From: Gemmata obscuriglobus
Lineage (GTDB): Bacteria; Planctomycetota; Planctomycetia; Gemmatales; Gemmataceae
DNA: 32,000 bases
NCBI RefSeq assembly: GCF_008065095.1
Contig: NZ_CP042911.1
Coordinates: 1,230,001-1,262,000 of the forward strand
Direction of reading: 5' to 3'
The notes beneath the pieces are model-generated. The model did not search any database. It was not told the origin of the DNA and was given only the letters and a program-made list of their open reading frames with translations. A program made the position numbers and the translations under genes. Positions 1 through 8,463 of the stretch are shown piece by piece. The number at the start of each line of letters is the position of its first letter. The stretch's first letter is position 1.

Positions 1-693
1 CGCCGCCTCGTCGAACGGCGGGGCCGGCACCGCGGGCGGCGGGGTGCGGTAGTCGTGCGCCTCGATGAACAGGTTGTACGGCACCACGACGGCGACCGGG
101 CCGGGTTCGCCCTGCGTGGCGGTCACGAACGCCTGGCGCACCGCGGCGGCGATCTGCGCGGCCGTTTGCACCTGGTACACGCACTTGCACACCGGCTTCA
201 GCAGCTCGACCTGATTCAGCGAGTGGACCTGAAACGGCTTGGCCTTTTCGCCGTTCGCGACGTCCCCCACGATCGCCACGAGCGGCGACGAGTCGAGCAG
301 CGCCTCGCCCAGCCCCGTGAGCGAGTTCGTGACGCCGGGTCCGGGCACCACGCACAGCACCCCGGGGCGCCCGGTGCTGCGGGCGTAGCCGTCGGCCATG
401 CACGCCGCGGAGAACTCGTGCGTGACGAGGAGGTAGGGTATGCCCTTCTCCTTGAAGGTGTCCCACAGCTCGTTCTCTTGCGCGCCGGGGATGCCGTACA
501 CGCAGCCCACGCCCTCGGCGCGCAGTGCTTCGCAGAGCGCCTCGGCGCCGGTCATGCGGCCGAACACCCAGCCCGGGTGCCGGGCGGCGCGGGCGTCCGC
601 GACCGGTCCCGCCTGGGTCGCGCTCGTGGCGAGGGCGCCGCCGACCGCGGCGGCCCCGTGAAGCAGTCCGCGGCGGGAGAACGCGAAATCCAT
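1..693 (-). CDS. Thiamine-diphosphate-dependent enzyme (acetolactate-synthase-like), N-terminal part; the gene continues beyond the window start
   Basis: Absent from the ORF track because there is no stop in the window. Own translation from ATG at 693: MDFAFSRRGLLHGAAAVGGALATSATQAG...MTGAEALCEALRAEGVGCVYGIPGAQENELWDTF...HEFSAACMADGYARSTGRPGVLCVVPGPGVTNSLTGLGEALLDSSPLVAIVGD, which is the TPP_enzyme_N pattern. GAGGTG lies 5 nt upstream of the ATG. Confidence 0.8.
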   Translation of the reverse strand, partial: MDFAFSRRGLLHGAAAVGGALATSATQAGPVADARAARHPGWVFGRMTGAEALCEALRAEGVGCVYGIPGAQENELWDTFKEKGIPYLLVTHEFSAACMADGYARSTGRPGVLCVVPGPGVTNSLTGLGEALLDSSPLVAIVGDVANGEKAKPFQVHSLNQVELLKPVCKCVYQVQTAAQIAAAVRQAFVTATQGEPGPVAVVVPYNLFIEAHDYRTPPPAVPAPPFDEAA

Positions 694-1132
694 TTCGCAC
701 CTCGAATGACAGTACGGCCCAGGTGTATCGGCAAATGGGGAATGGCGGGTTCGCGCGGAATGCGCAAGTTTGGCGTTTTTGGGGCGACAGAGTTGCGCGC
801 CCCGCCGCCCGTACCGCGCGAGTGGCATCCCTCTCAACACATCACGTCTGTTCAGTGCCGAGCAGCCGCGATGTCGCGACGTGTTTGGCCCCGGGGAATC
901 GGGTGCGGGGCGGCTTCGGTTTTTTCGGCCCGCGGGTGGCCTTCCGATACCGCCCCAGGTTCGCACCCCGGGCCGGCTCCTTGTGCCATTCGGCCATCGG
1001 CCCGACCGACCACGCTCCCAGACCCGCCCATGTTTCGACCGGAACGGCGATCCACGGTCCCGGGCACGCACCCGACACTTCCAACGCCAGGTGGTAGGCG
1101 GATTACGAACGAACCGCTCCGTATCACGCAAG

Positions 1133-1279
1133 ACCGAGAACCCGGTGAGCCTGTTCGACCTGGACGCAGCCGCCCAGCACCGGCTCGGGCTGGACCACGA
1201 GAAGTTGACCTTCAAGTTCCAACTCGACACGCGACTCACGGCCGTGGAGCCCGCGCACCCGGTAACGGCGATCCTGGCG
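1133..1279 (+). pseudogene. Relic of a DUF1501-family C-terminus (about 49 codons, no start, no upstream domain)
   Basis: The frame of ORF 770..2260 reads [48 protein letters not shown]. It aligns by eye with the C-terminus of the intact DUF1501 gene at 15915..17312 ([45 protein letters not shown]). Confidence 0.45.
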
Positions 1280-1312
1280 TGGCCGTGCTTCAGGGTGGGC
1301 GAGCGCATGCGG

Positions 1313-2251
1313 TCAGGCTTCCGGGTCCGGGTTCCACCAGCACGGCCCTTTGTCGCGCCGCGCGTCGATTGCGCGGCGCCGGATGTCCTCCATTTCCTTC
1401 GCCTCAAGCGGCCGGAACGACCGCGCCGCGGCGAACGCCGCGTCCTGCTCGTTCGGGTAGCTCAGCCCCAACAAAGCGACGTCGGGGTTCAGTGTGAGCG
1501 TGTAGTGCAGGCACTCGGCGACGGCGAGCCGGGGCAACGTTGCGCTCGCGTCGTCCGTGCCGCCGCTCGACACCTTGCCGCGCGGCCGGGATTTGAGCGG
1601 CTGGTTGTAGCCGCTCGTGTCACCGACCAGTTTGCCCGCGCCGAAGGTCTTGAAACACACCGTTCCCACCCCGAGCGACTGCGCGAGCGGGAGCACGTCC
1701 GTAACGTACCGCGAATCCACGAACGGCCCGAGCGGGAACATCACCACATCGCACACACCGGCGTGGAGGGCCGCGAGCAGCACGTCCGGGTTGTGCGACG
1801 AGATGCCGCGGAACCGACACTTACCCCTTCTGACAGCGTCGGCGAGTTGGTCGAACCCGCCGCCGGGAGCGCACTGGCGGTCGAACGCGTCCCGCTCCGA
1901 GAGGTTGTGGAACACGAACGCGTCGGTGTGATCCAACCCGAGGCGCGCGAGCGAGCCGTCGATTTGCGGCCCGACGGGCTGTTCGGGGTGGTCGATTTTG
2001 TCGATCACGAACACCGCGTCGCGACGGACCGCACGCACGACCCGACCGACGATCTCTTCAGAATAGCCGTCCTCGTAGTTCGGGGCCGTGTCGATCAGGT
2101 TCAGCCCGGCGTCGAGGGCGCGGCGGGCGGTCGCGACGCAGGTTTCGAGCGGCACGGCGCGGTCGGCCAGGTCGCCGATTCCGAGTACGGAAGCCGCGAA
2201 CCCGGTGCGCCCCAGTTCGCGCCGCGGGAGCCAGTTCGGATCGTCGTTCAT
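1313..2251 (-). CDS. Aldo/keto reductase family oxidoreductase
   Basis: Internal start [28 protein letters not shown]...[18 protein letters not shown]...GISSHNP within ORF 1313..2809. The upstream 186 codons are Arg/Pro/Gly-rich and were rejected. Confidence 0.88.
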   Translation of the reverse strand: MNDDPNWLPRRELGRTGFAASVLGIGDLADRAVPLETCVATARRALDAGLNLIDTAPNYEDGYSEEIVGRVVRAVRRDAVFVIDKIDHPEQPVGPQIDGSLARLGLDHTDAFVFHNLSERDAFDRQCAPGGGFDQLADAVRRGKCRFRGISSHNPDVLLAALHAGVCDVVMFPLGPFVDSRYVTDVLPLAQSLGVGTVCFKTFGAGKLVGDTSGYNQPLKSRPRGKVSSGGTDDASATLPRLAVAECLHYTLTLNPDVALLGLSYPNEQDAAFAAARSFRPLEAKEMEDIRRRAIDARRDKGPCWWNPDPEA

Positions 2252-2468
2252 CACAGGTGACCTCGTCTCGTTTCCCGTTGGTAGCTCGGCACCAGGTGCG
2301 ACACTCACGCCCGAGCCCGCCGGACCCGGCCAGTGGGACGCGACTGCGCCCGTAACGACCGTGTAAGCCATTTCTGACAATTGACTTGCGTCCACCAATC
2401 GGCCGCCGGCGGGATCGCTTCTGCCCGGCTGCGGGGGCCGTATTTGCGGGTTCTGCGGGCGTTTCCGT

Positions 2469-2637
2469 GGTAGCGAACGGGTAGCAGTTGGGTAGCGAAC
2501 AGCGACCTCCCCGCCCGCGAATGTCCAGTCGGCTCCCCCGTTCGAGGCACTGTAACCCCCGTTACACCCCGCCCCACAAACCCCGTCGGAAGGTCCACAG
2601 CCCCGGGTAGTTCGGGGGCAGTTCGGGGGTAGCGAAC
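2469..2637 (+). repeat. Two triplets of 11-bp-phased direct repeats (GGTAGCGAAC and variants) upstream of the reductase gene
   Basis: Copies start at 2469 GGTAGCGAAC, 2480 GGTAGCAGTT, 2491 GGTAGCGAAC, then 2606 GGTAGTTCGG, 2617 GGCAGTTCGG, 2628 GGTAGCGAAC. Spacing within each triplet is exactly 11 bp. Confidence 0.7.
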
Positions 2638-2955
2638 GGGAGCGGAGTCCGGGCCGGCTCGCTCTTTCGGGGTAACGTGGTGTCAGTCCTGTACCAGTCC
2701 CCGGACCGACATCGCTACCGCCCGCGGCGGTGTTGCTCTGTGATCGCGCGCCAACGACCGCCCGCGCGGTGCCCCTGGTGACGCCTGCCGCGCTGTCGGG
2801 TTGAGTCACGTTGCCCCCGCGCCATTCGATAAGCTGAAGCGCCGTACCGGTCGCACGGTCCCTACCTTACTGATGGCACGTGGACGGACCGTCAGCCACG
2901 CGGGTACGAAGGGGCGCCAGCGAGTTCCGTCGCTCCTGATCGGGTCGGGCCGGAG

Positions 2956-3852
2956 CTACTTCCGCCGCAGCGCGTCGATTTGCTCCTGAAGCTTCGCCGC
3001 GTCGGCCTCGGCGGTGCCGAGCGGTTGCGGCTTCACGGTCGCCTCGCGGGTGTACCCGGTGTGCTTCATCCACGCCGCCGAGCGCCGCTCGCGCTTTTGC
3101 GCCACCAGTTTGAACAGCGGGTCCGCCTTGATCGTCGCAACGGATTCGTCCGGTGCCTTCACGCCGAACGCCCCGAGCAAGGTCTTGGCCATCAGCAGGT
3201 GCCCGTCGTCGCCCGGGTGAACGTTGTCCTTCGAGAACGGCCCGGGGCGCGCGTCGCGGGCCGTTCGCATCGCGGTGTGCAGGTCGATCACCGTCACCCC
3301 GGGCGTCTTGAGTTCGGTCTCCCACTTCGCGTATTCGGTCAGTACGGAGTCGTAGTTGAACTCCCCCTTCTTGGGCACGAAGTCGTAGATCGGCGGCGTG
3401 ATGAGGTAGACGTGCTTCGCGCCGGCTTTCTGGCACTGCTCGATCAGCTTCGCGACGCCCTTGTGGAACGCGGCGGCGCGCCCCTTGTCGAGCGGCAGGT
3501 AGATGCCGTCGTTCATCCCGTAGCACGCGAACACGATTTCGGGCTTCGACTTCTCCAGCACCCGTCCGAGCCGCTCGAACAGGCACGGCCGCGGGAACTT
3601 CCCGCCGGCGTGGCCGTCCTCGCTCAGCCCCGAAAGCGTCTCGCTCGCCAGCCCCAACCCGATGACGTCGAAATCCTTCGTCGGGTGCAGCTTTTCAAGG
3701 TAGTACGTCGCGAACGAGACGTACCCGCCGGCCTGCGTGATGCTGTCGCCCAGGAACACCACCCGCTTACCGGCGAGCGCCTTGACATCCTGCGCGAGGC
3801 CGTGAGGAGCAAGCGCCGCCCCGACGAGAACGGCGAGCAGGAGCCGGATCAT
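2956..3852 (-). CDS. Secreted SGNH/GDSL-family hydrolase
   Basis: Start MIRLLLAVLVGAALAPHGLA (signal peptide). Block I is FLGDSITQ, block III is GMNDG, block V is DNVHPGDDGH. The upstream part of ORF 2956..4173 was rejected. Confidence 0.9.
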   Translation of the reverse strand: MIRLLLAVLVGAALAPHGLAQDVKALAGKRVVFLGDSITQAGGYVSFATYYLEKLHPTKDFDVIGLGLASETLSGLSEDGHAGGKFPRPCLFERLGRVLEKSKPEIVFACYGMNDGIYLPLDKGRAAAFHKGVAKLIEQCQKAGAKHVYLITPPIYDFVPKKGEFNYDSVLTEYAKWETELKTPGVTVIDLHTAMRTARDARPGPFSKDNVHPGDDGHLLMAKTLLGAFGVKAPDESVATIKADPLFKLVAQKRERRSAAWMKHTGYTREATVKPQPLGTAEADAAKLQEQIDALRRK

Positions 3853-4003
3853 GACTTTCCCTCGTGTGTGTTTCCCGGCTCCGACGGCTGGGTCCGGTTG
3901 TGCGGGCCGCAGATCCGGTAAGGTCGCCCTATTCTTCCTGATCGTGCTTGCCCGAAGCAAGGCCCGCATGCAGGCTGAAATCGTTTTCACCGCGGAGTGA
4001 GCG

Positions 4004-6256
4004 ATGTTTCCTCGCAGCCTGTTACTTCTTTTCCTTCTGGCAGCTCCGGCTGCCGCCCAGCCACAGCCGATCGATCCGGCGGCGCTGACGCTCGATCGGC
4101 TGTTCGCCTCGGACGACTTCCGCGGCGATCCGGTGCCGAGCATGAAGTGGCTCGACGGCGGCGCGTACACCATCCTTCAGCCCTCCAAGGCCCACAAGGG
4201 CGCGAGCGACATCGCCCGCGTTGACGCGGCGGGAAAAGCGGAAGTGCTGGTCGCGGCCGAGAAGCTGATCCCGCCGGGTGCGAAGGAGCCGCTCGCGGTC
4301 CACGGCTACGACCTCTCAAAGGACCTCGACCTCGTGCTGATCTTCACCAACTCGGTGAAGGTGTGGCGGCAGAACACCCGCGGCGACTACTGGACGTTCC
4401 GGCGCTCGACCGGGAAGCTCGCGAAGCTCGGCGGCGACGCGAAGCCGTCCACGCTCATGTTCGCGAAGATGTCGCCCGACGGGACGCGCGTCGGGTACGT
4501 GCGCGACAACAACATCTACGCGGAGCCGGCGGCGGGCGGCGCGGCCACGCCGCTCACGGCGGATGGCACGGAGCAGGTCATCAACGGCACGTTCGACTGG
4601 GTGTATGAGGAGGAGTTCTACTGCCGCGACGGGTGGCGCTGGAGCCCGGACGGGAAGTCGGTCGCGTACTGGCAGCTCGACACCCGGGGCGTGAAGGCGT
4701 TCACGATGATCGACAACACGACCGCCGTGTACCCGGTGCTCAAGACGTTCGCGTACCCCAAGACCGGCGAGCGCAACTCCGCGTGCCGGGTCGGCGTGGC
4801 GCCCGCGGCCGGCGGCCCGACGAAGTGGCTCGACGTGCCCGGCGACACCCGGACCGACTTCTACATCCCGCGCATGGAGTGGGCCGGCAACGCGACCGAA
4901 CTCGTCGTCCAGCGGGTGAACCGGCTCCAGAACGCGGTGGACGTGCTGCTCGCCGACGCCCGGACGGGGCAGGTGCGGGCGCTCCTGACCGAGCGCGACG
5001 GCGCGTGGGTCGATGTCCACGACGACGCGGGCGAGTGGGTGGAAAAGGGGGCGGCGTTCACCTGGGTGAGCGAGCGGGACGGGTGGCGGCACCTGTACCT
5101 CGCGTCGCGCGACGGTAAGTCCGTGCGCAAGGTTACGAGCGGCGAGTTCGATGTGATCCGCGTGCTGCACATCGATGAGAAGGCGGGAAGCGTCTACTTC
5201 CTCGCGTCGCCGGAGAACCCGACCCAGCACTACCTCTACAAATGCGCGCTCGACGGCACCGGCGCGCCGGTACGGGGCACGCCCGCGGACCAGCCGGGCT
5301 GGCACGATTACGACCTCGCGCCCGGCGGCGCGCTGGCGGTCCACACCTACTCCACCTTCGGGAAGCCGCCGCGGGTGGAACTGATTTCCCTTCCGGACCA
5401 CAAGGTTGTTCGCGTGTTCGCGGCCAACGACAAGCTGCGCGAAACCGTGGCGAAGCTGAAGCAAACGCCGCCGGAGTTCTTCCGGGCGGATGTCGGCGGC
5501 GGGGTGAAGCTGGACGGCTGGCTCATGAAGCCCGCGAACTTCGACCCGGCCAAGAAGTATCCCGTCCTGTTCCACGTGTACGGCGAGCCGGCGGGCCAGT
5601 TGGTGACGGACCGGTGGGGCGGCCGGCAGCACCTGTGGCACCTCATGCTGACCCAGCAGGGGTACGCGGTGGCGTGCGTGGACAACCGCGGGACGCCGTG
5701 CCCGCGCGGCCGCGACTGGCGCAAATCGGTGTACCGGAAGATCGGCGTGACCGCCTCGGCGGATCAGGCCGCGGCCGTGCGCGACCTGCTCAAGCAGCGC
5801 CCGTACCTGGACGGGGCGCGGGTGGGCGTGTGGGGCTGGAGCGGCGGCGGGTCGATGACGCTGAACCAGATGTTCCGCCACCCCGACCTGTACCGGACGG
5901 GCATGTCCGTCGCGCCGGTCCCCGACATGCGGCTGTACGACACGATCTACCAGGAGCGGTACATGGGGCTTCCGCAGGACAACGCCGAGGACTACAAGCA
6001 GGGCTCGCCGATCACGCACGCGGCCGGGCTGAAGGGGAACCTGCTGATCGTTCACGGCACCGGCGACGACAACGTTCACTACCAGGGCACGGAGAAGCTC
6101 GCGGACAAGCTGATCGAGCTGAACAAGCCGTTCGCGATGATGGCGTACCCGAACCGGAGCCACTCGATCAACGAGGGCAAGAACACGAGCCGGCACCTGT
6201 ACGGGCTGCTCACGAAGTACCTGAACGACAACCTGCCCGCCGGCCCGAAGCCGTAA
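4004..6256 (+). CDS. Dipeptidyl-peptidase IV family serine peptidase (S9B), secreted
   Basis: Signal peptide MFPRSLLLLFLLAAPAAA. DPPIV N-terminal propeller-like region. Catalytic motifs are GWSGGG, GTGDDNVH and NRSHSI. GGAG lies upstream of the ATG. Confidence 0.92.
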   Translation: MFPRSLLLLFLLAAPAAAQPQPIDPAALTLDRLFASDDFRGDPVPSMKWLDGGAYTILQPSKAHKGASDIARVDAAGKAEVLVAAEKLIPPGAKEPLAVHGYDLSKDLDLVLIFTNSVKVWRQNTRGDYWTFRRSTGKLAKLGGDAKPSTLMFAKMSPDGTRVGYVRDNNIYAEPAAGGAATPLTADGTEQVINGTFDWVYEEEFYCRDGWRWSPDGKSVAYWQLDTRGVKAFTMIDNTTAVYPVLKTFAYPKTGERNSACRVGVAPAAGGPTKWLDVPGDTRTDFYIPRMEWAGNATELVVQRVNRLQNAVDVLLADARTGQVRALLTERDGAWVDVHDDAGEWVEKGAAFTWVSERDGWRHLYLASRDGKSVRKVTSGEFDVIRVLHIDEKAGSVYFLASPENPTQHYLYKCALDGTGAPVRGTPADQPGWHDYDLAPGGALAVHTYSTFGKPPRVELISLPDHKVVRVFAANDKLRETVAKLKQTPPEFFRADVGGGVKLDGWLMKPANFDPAKKYPVLFHVYGEPAGQLVTDRWGGRQHLWHLMLTQQGYAVACVDNRGTPCPRGRDWRKSVYRKIGVTASADQAAAVRDLLKQRPYLDGARVGVWGWSGGGSMTLNQMFRHPDLYRTGMSVAPVPDMRLYDTIYQERYMGLPQDNAEDYKQGSPITHAAGLKGNLLIVHGTGDDNVHYQGTEKLADKLIELNKPFAMMAYPNRSHSINEGKNTSRHLYGLLTKYLNDNLPAGPKP

Positions 6257-6296
6257 CCGTTGATGGCGGTGACGGGCTCGCGGGGGCGCCCTGCCC

Positions 6297-6658
6297 CTCG
6301 GCCCCCAACCCTGAAGGGACAAAGGCAACCTACCCCCCGGCCCCCTCCCTGAAGGGAGGGGGAGAAAGAAGGTACGAGTACGCGAATTGGTGCGCGGAGC
6401 GGACCCACCCCCGGCCCCCTCCCTGAAGGGAGGGGGAGGAAGACGAAACGCACCGCACGCCCGGTTTGCCACGCGGTTCCAAAGTGCTTTCTCCCCCTCC
6501 CTTCAGGGAGGGGGCTGGGGGGTGGGTCTGCTCCGCGCGCCCGAGCCGCTCCGGGATCACACGCACCCGGCGCCACCCCTCCCGTCCCGCCGACCCACGG
6601 AAGCTCCGCTGACCGGGCCGGTGGACGGGAGGGGGCTGGGGGGCGGTCGCTCTCGCGC
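6297..6658. repeat. Family C: cluster of CCCCCTCCC-TGAA-GGGAGGGGG hairpin repeats between convergent genes
   Basis: Hairpins (9-bp stem, 4-nt loop) at 6341-6362, 6415-6436 and, inverted, 6493-6514. Degenerate copies lie near 6298-6320 and 6577-6647. Copies 6392-6438 and 6491-6538 also form an imperfect inverted repeat of about 47 nt. Confidence 0.85.
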
Positions 6659-6668
6659 TGGTTCGGCG

Positions 6669-8120
6669 TCAGTCCGGGTTGGTCGTCAGCTCGCCGGCGG
6701 GCTTCTTGTCCTTCAGGTCCCACACCCGCACTTTGCCGGTGAAGTCGCCGACCAGCACGCGCTCGCCGTCGTGCGAGAAGACCGCCTTCGACGGCACGTC
6801 GGTGAACCCCTCCAGCCGCGCGACCTGGGTGCCGTCGGCCTTCCACACGCGGGCGGTGTTGTCGCGCCCGCAGGTGACGAACTGCCCGGTGCGGGCGTAG
6901 CCCACCGCCAGCACCCCGGGCGTCTTGTTCCGCGCGGGCGCCTTCGCGTCCGCCTGCGCGGTGATCGTCCGGGTCGGGAACCCGTCCTCGGCGAACCACA
7001 GGATCACCTTGCCGTCCTCGCTGGCCGACGCGAGCATCTGCGAGTCCGCGCGCCAGCTCAGCCCGGTGACGGCGTCCTTGTGGTCGCCGAGCGTGAACAC
7101 GATGCCCCCGGTCGCGGCCTCCCACACGAACGCGCCGCCGTTCCGGTCGCCGCTCGCGAGCAGTTCGCCGTCCGGGCTGAACTCGATCGCGGTCACCCAG
7201 TCGGTGTGCTTCTTGATTTTGTGCTTCAGCGTGCCGGTCGCGACGTCGTACACCTTGACCAGTTTCCCGGGGCCGCCGAGGGCGACGAACTTGTGATCCG
7301 GGCTGACATCCGCCGCGAGCACAACGTCGGCCTCGTCGCCGATCTCGGTGACCCGCTTGCCGGTGGCCACGTCCCAGATCACCACCCGCCCCTGCGCGGC
7401 GCCGCGCCCGCCGCCGGCCAGCAGCCACTTCCCGTTCCGGCTGAACCGCAGCACGTGCGGCACCCGCTCGGGGAACGGTAGCGTACCGATCAGCTTCAGC
7501 GTGTCGGTGTTGTACAGCAGGACCCGCTCGTGCCCCGCGACGGCCGCCAGCGGCGCCCACGGGCTGGTCGCCAGCGCGGTGACCGGGTGCGCCCGGTCGG
7601 TCCGGGCCAGCTTCACTGCGGGCAGTGAAACGGGCATCGGCGGCGGCCCGGCGGGCTTGCCTTTCGTGAGCGCGACCGGGTCGATCTCGACCTTCCGGCC
7701 CGCGCCCTTCGCGGCCCCGACGGCGGTTTCGGGGGCGCCGCCCTCGATCCACTTCTTGAGCACCGCGAGGTCGGCGTCGGGGATCTTCGGCCCCTTCGGC
7801 GGCATCTTCGGCTCGACCTCGTGCGCGGTGACCCGGTAGAGCGCGCTCTGCCCCGGGTTGCCGGGCTTCACCGCCTCGCCGCTGGCCCCGCCCGCCATCA
7901 GCGCCTGGTACGTCGAGACGTCCAGGTCGGACGACGCCTTATCGGCGTTGTGGCAGTTGAGGCAGTGCTTGCGCAGGACCGGCAGGACGTGGTCCTTGTA
8001 CGTCACCGCGTCGGCCTTCTTGGCCGGGTCGGCCTTCGGGTCGGTCTTCGCCGGCTGCGCGTGGGCCAGCCCGAAGGCCACCAGCGACAGTGTGAGCGGG
8101 TAGAGGAGGCGCGGGAGCAT
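6669..8120 (-). CDS. Planctomycete cytochrome-c-like (PSCyt1) domain plus WD40-repeat protein, secreted
   Basis: Signal peptide MLPRLLYPLTLSLVAFGLAHA. CLNCH (CxxCH) sits in LPVLRKHCLNCHNADKASSDLDVSTY. The C-terminal part has WD-like repeats (SPDGELLASGDRNGGAFVWE, SWRADSQMLASASEDGKVILW). Confidence 0.9.
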   Translation of the reverse strand: MLPRLLYPLTLSLVAFGLAHAQPAKTDPKADPAKKADAVTYKDHVLPVLRKHCLNCHNADKASSDLDVSTYQALMAGGASGEAVKPGNPGQSALYRVTAHEVEPKMPPKGPKIPDADLAVLKKWIEGGAPETAVGAAKGAGRKVEIDPVALTKGKPAGPPPMPVSLPAVKLARTDRAHPVTALATSPWAPLAAVAGHERVLLYNTDTLKLIGTLPFPERVPHVLRFSRNGKWLLAGGGRGAAQGRVVIWDVATGKRVTEIGDEADVVLAADVSPDHKFVALGGPGKLVKVYDVATGTLKHKIKKHTDWVTAIEFSPDGELLASGDRNGGAFVWEAATGGIVFTLGDHKDAVTGLSWRADSQMLASASEDGKVILWFAEDGFPTRTITAQADAKAPARNKTPGVLAVGYARTGQFVTCGRDNTARVWKADGTQVARLEGFTDVPSKAVFSHDGERVLVGDFTGKVRVWDLKDKKPAGELTTNPD

Positions 8121-8201
8121 AGGTCGTAAACCGCTGTGGGTGTTCGGTGGTTGGCTGATTGGTGGAGGGCGGCGCCTCGAGCAGATGGCCGTGGTCGCAC
8201 T

Positions 8202-8280
8202 GCACTTTTGGCGAGCCGCGACCGCGAGGGAGCGGGATACGTGGCACCGCTCCCTCGCGGTCGCGGCTCGTCAAAAGTGC
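8202..8280. repeat. Family B palindromic element, copy B1 (34-bp stem, 11-nt loop)
   Basis: GCACTTTTGGCGAGCCGCGACCGCGAGGGAGCGG (8202-8235), loop GATACGTGGCA, then CCGCTCCCTCGCGGTCGCGGCTCGTCAAAAGTGC (8247-8280). There is a single G-T pair in 34 bp. Confidence 0.9.
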
Positions 8281-8304
8281 AACACAAACACCTTTGGTCT
8301 CGTA

Positions 8305-8445
8305 CTCATTCACGGTCCAGGTGGTGCTTGTTTCTTGTGGCACAGACATTCCTGTCTGTGCGGCCTGCTCGCGCCGCACAGACAGGAATGTCTGTGCCAC
8401 AAAACAGAACCGAAGCAGACACTCGTAACCGGATCGTGTATCAGG
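8305..8445. repeat. Family A palindromic element, copy A1
   Basis: Core arms GTGGCACAGACATTCCTGTCTGTGCGG (8337-8363) and CCGCACAGACAGGAATGTCTGTGCCAC (8374-8400), loop CCTGCTCGCG. The CTCATTCACGGT flank at 8305 is shared, inverted, with copies A2 and A3. Confidence 0.88.
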
Positions 8446-8463
8446 TCGAGCGATCTCGCGCCG

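Noticed and set aside
1221-1231. TTCAAGTTCCA inside the DUF1501 relic matches the core of repeat F.
   Set aside because: It is an 11-mer only, expected by chance, and the flanks are unrelated.
2550-2566. Small palindrome CTGTAACCCCCGTTACA, also seen as CTGTAACCTCCGTTACA at 20091..20107.
   Set aside because: A 17-mer with one mismatch is near chance expectation for this window size, and its palindromic nature doubles the opportunities. There is no further flanking similarity.
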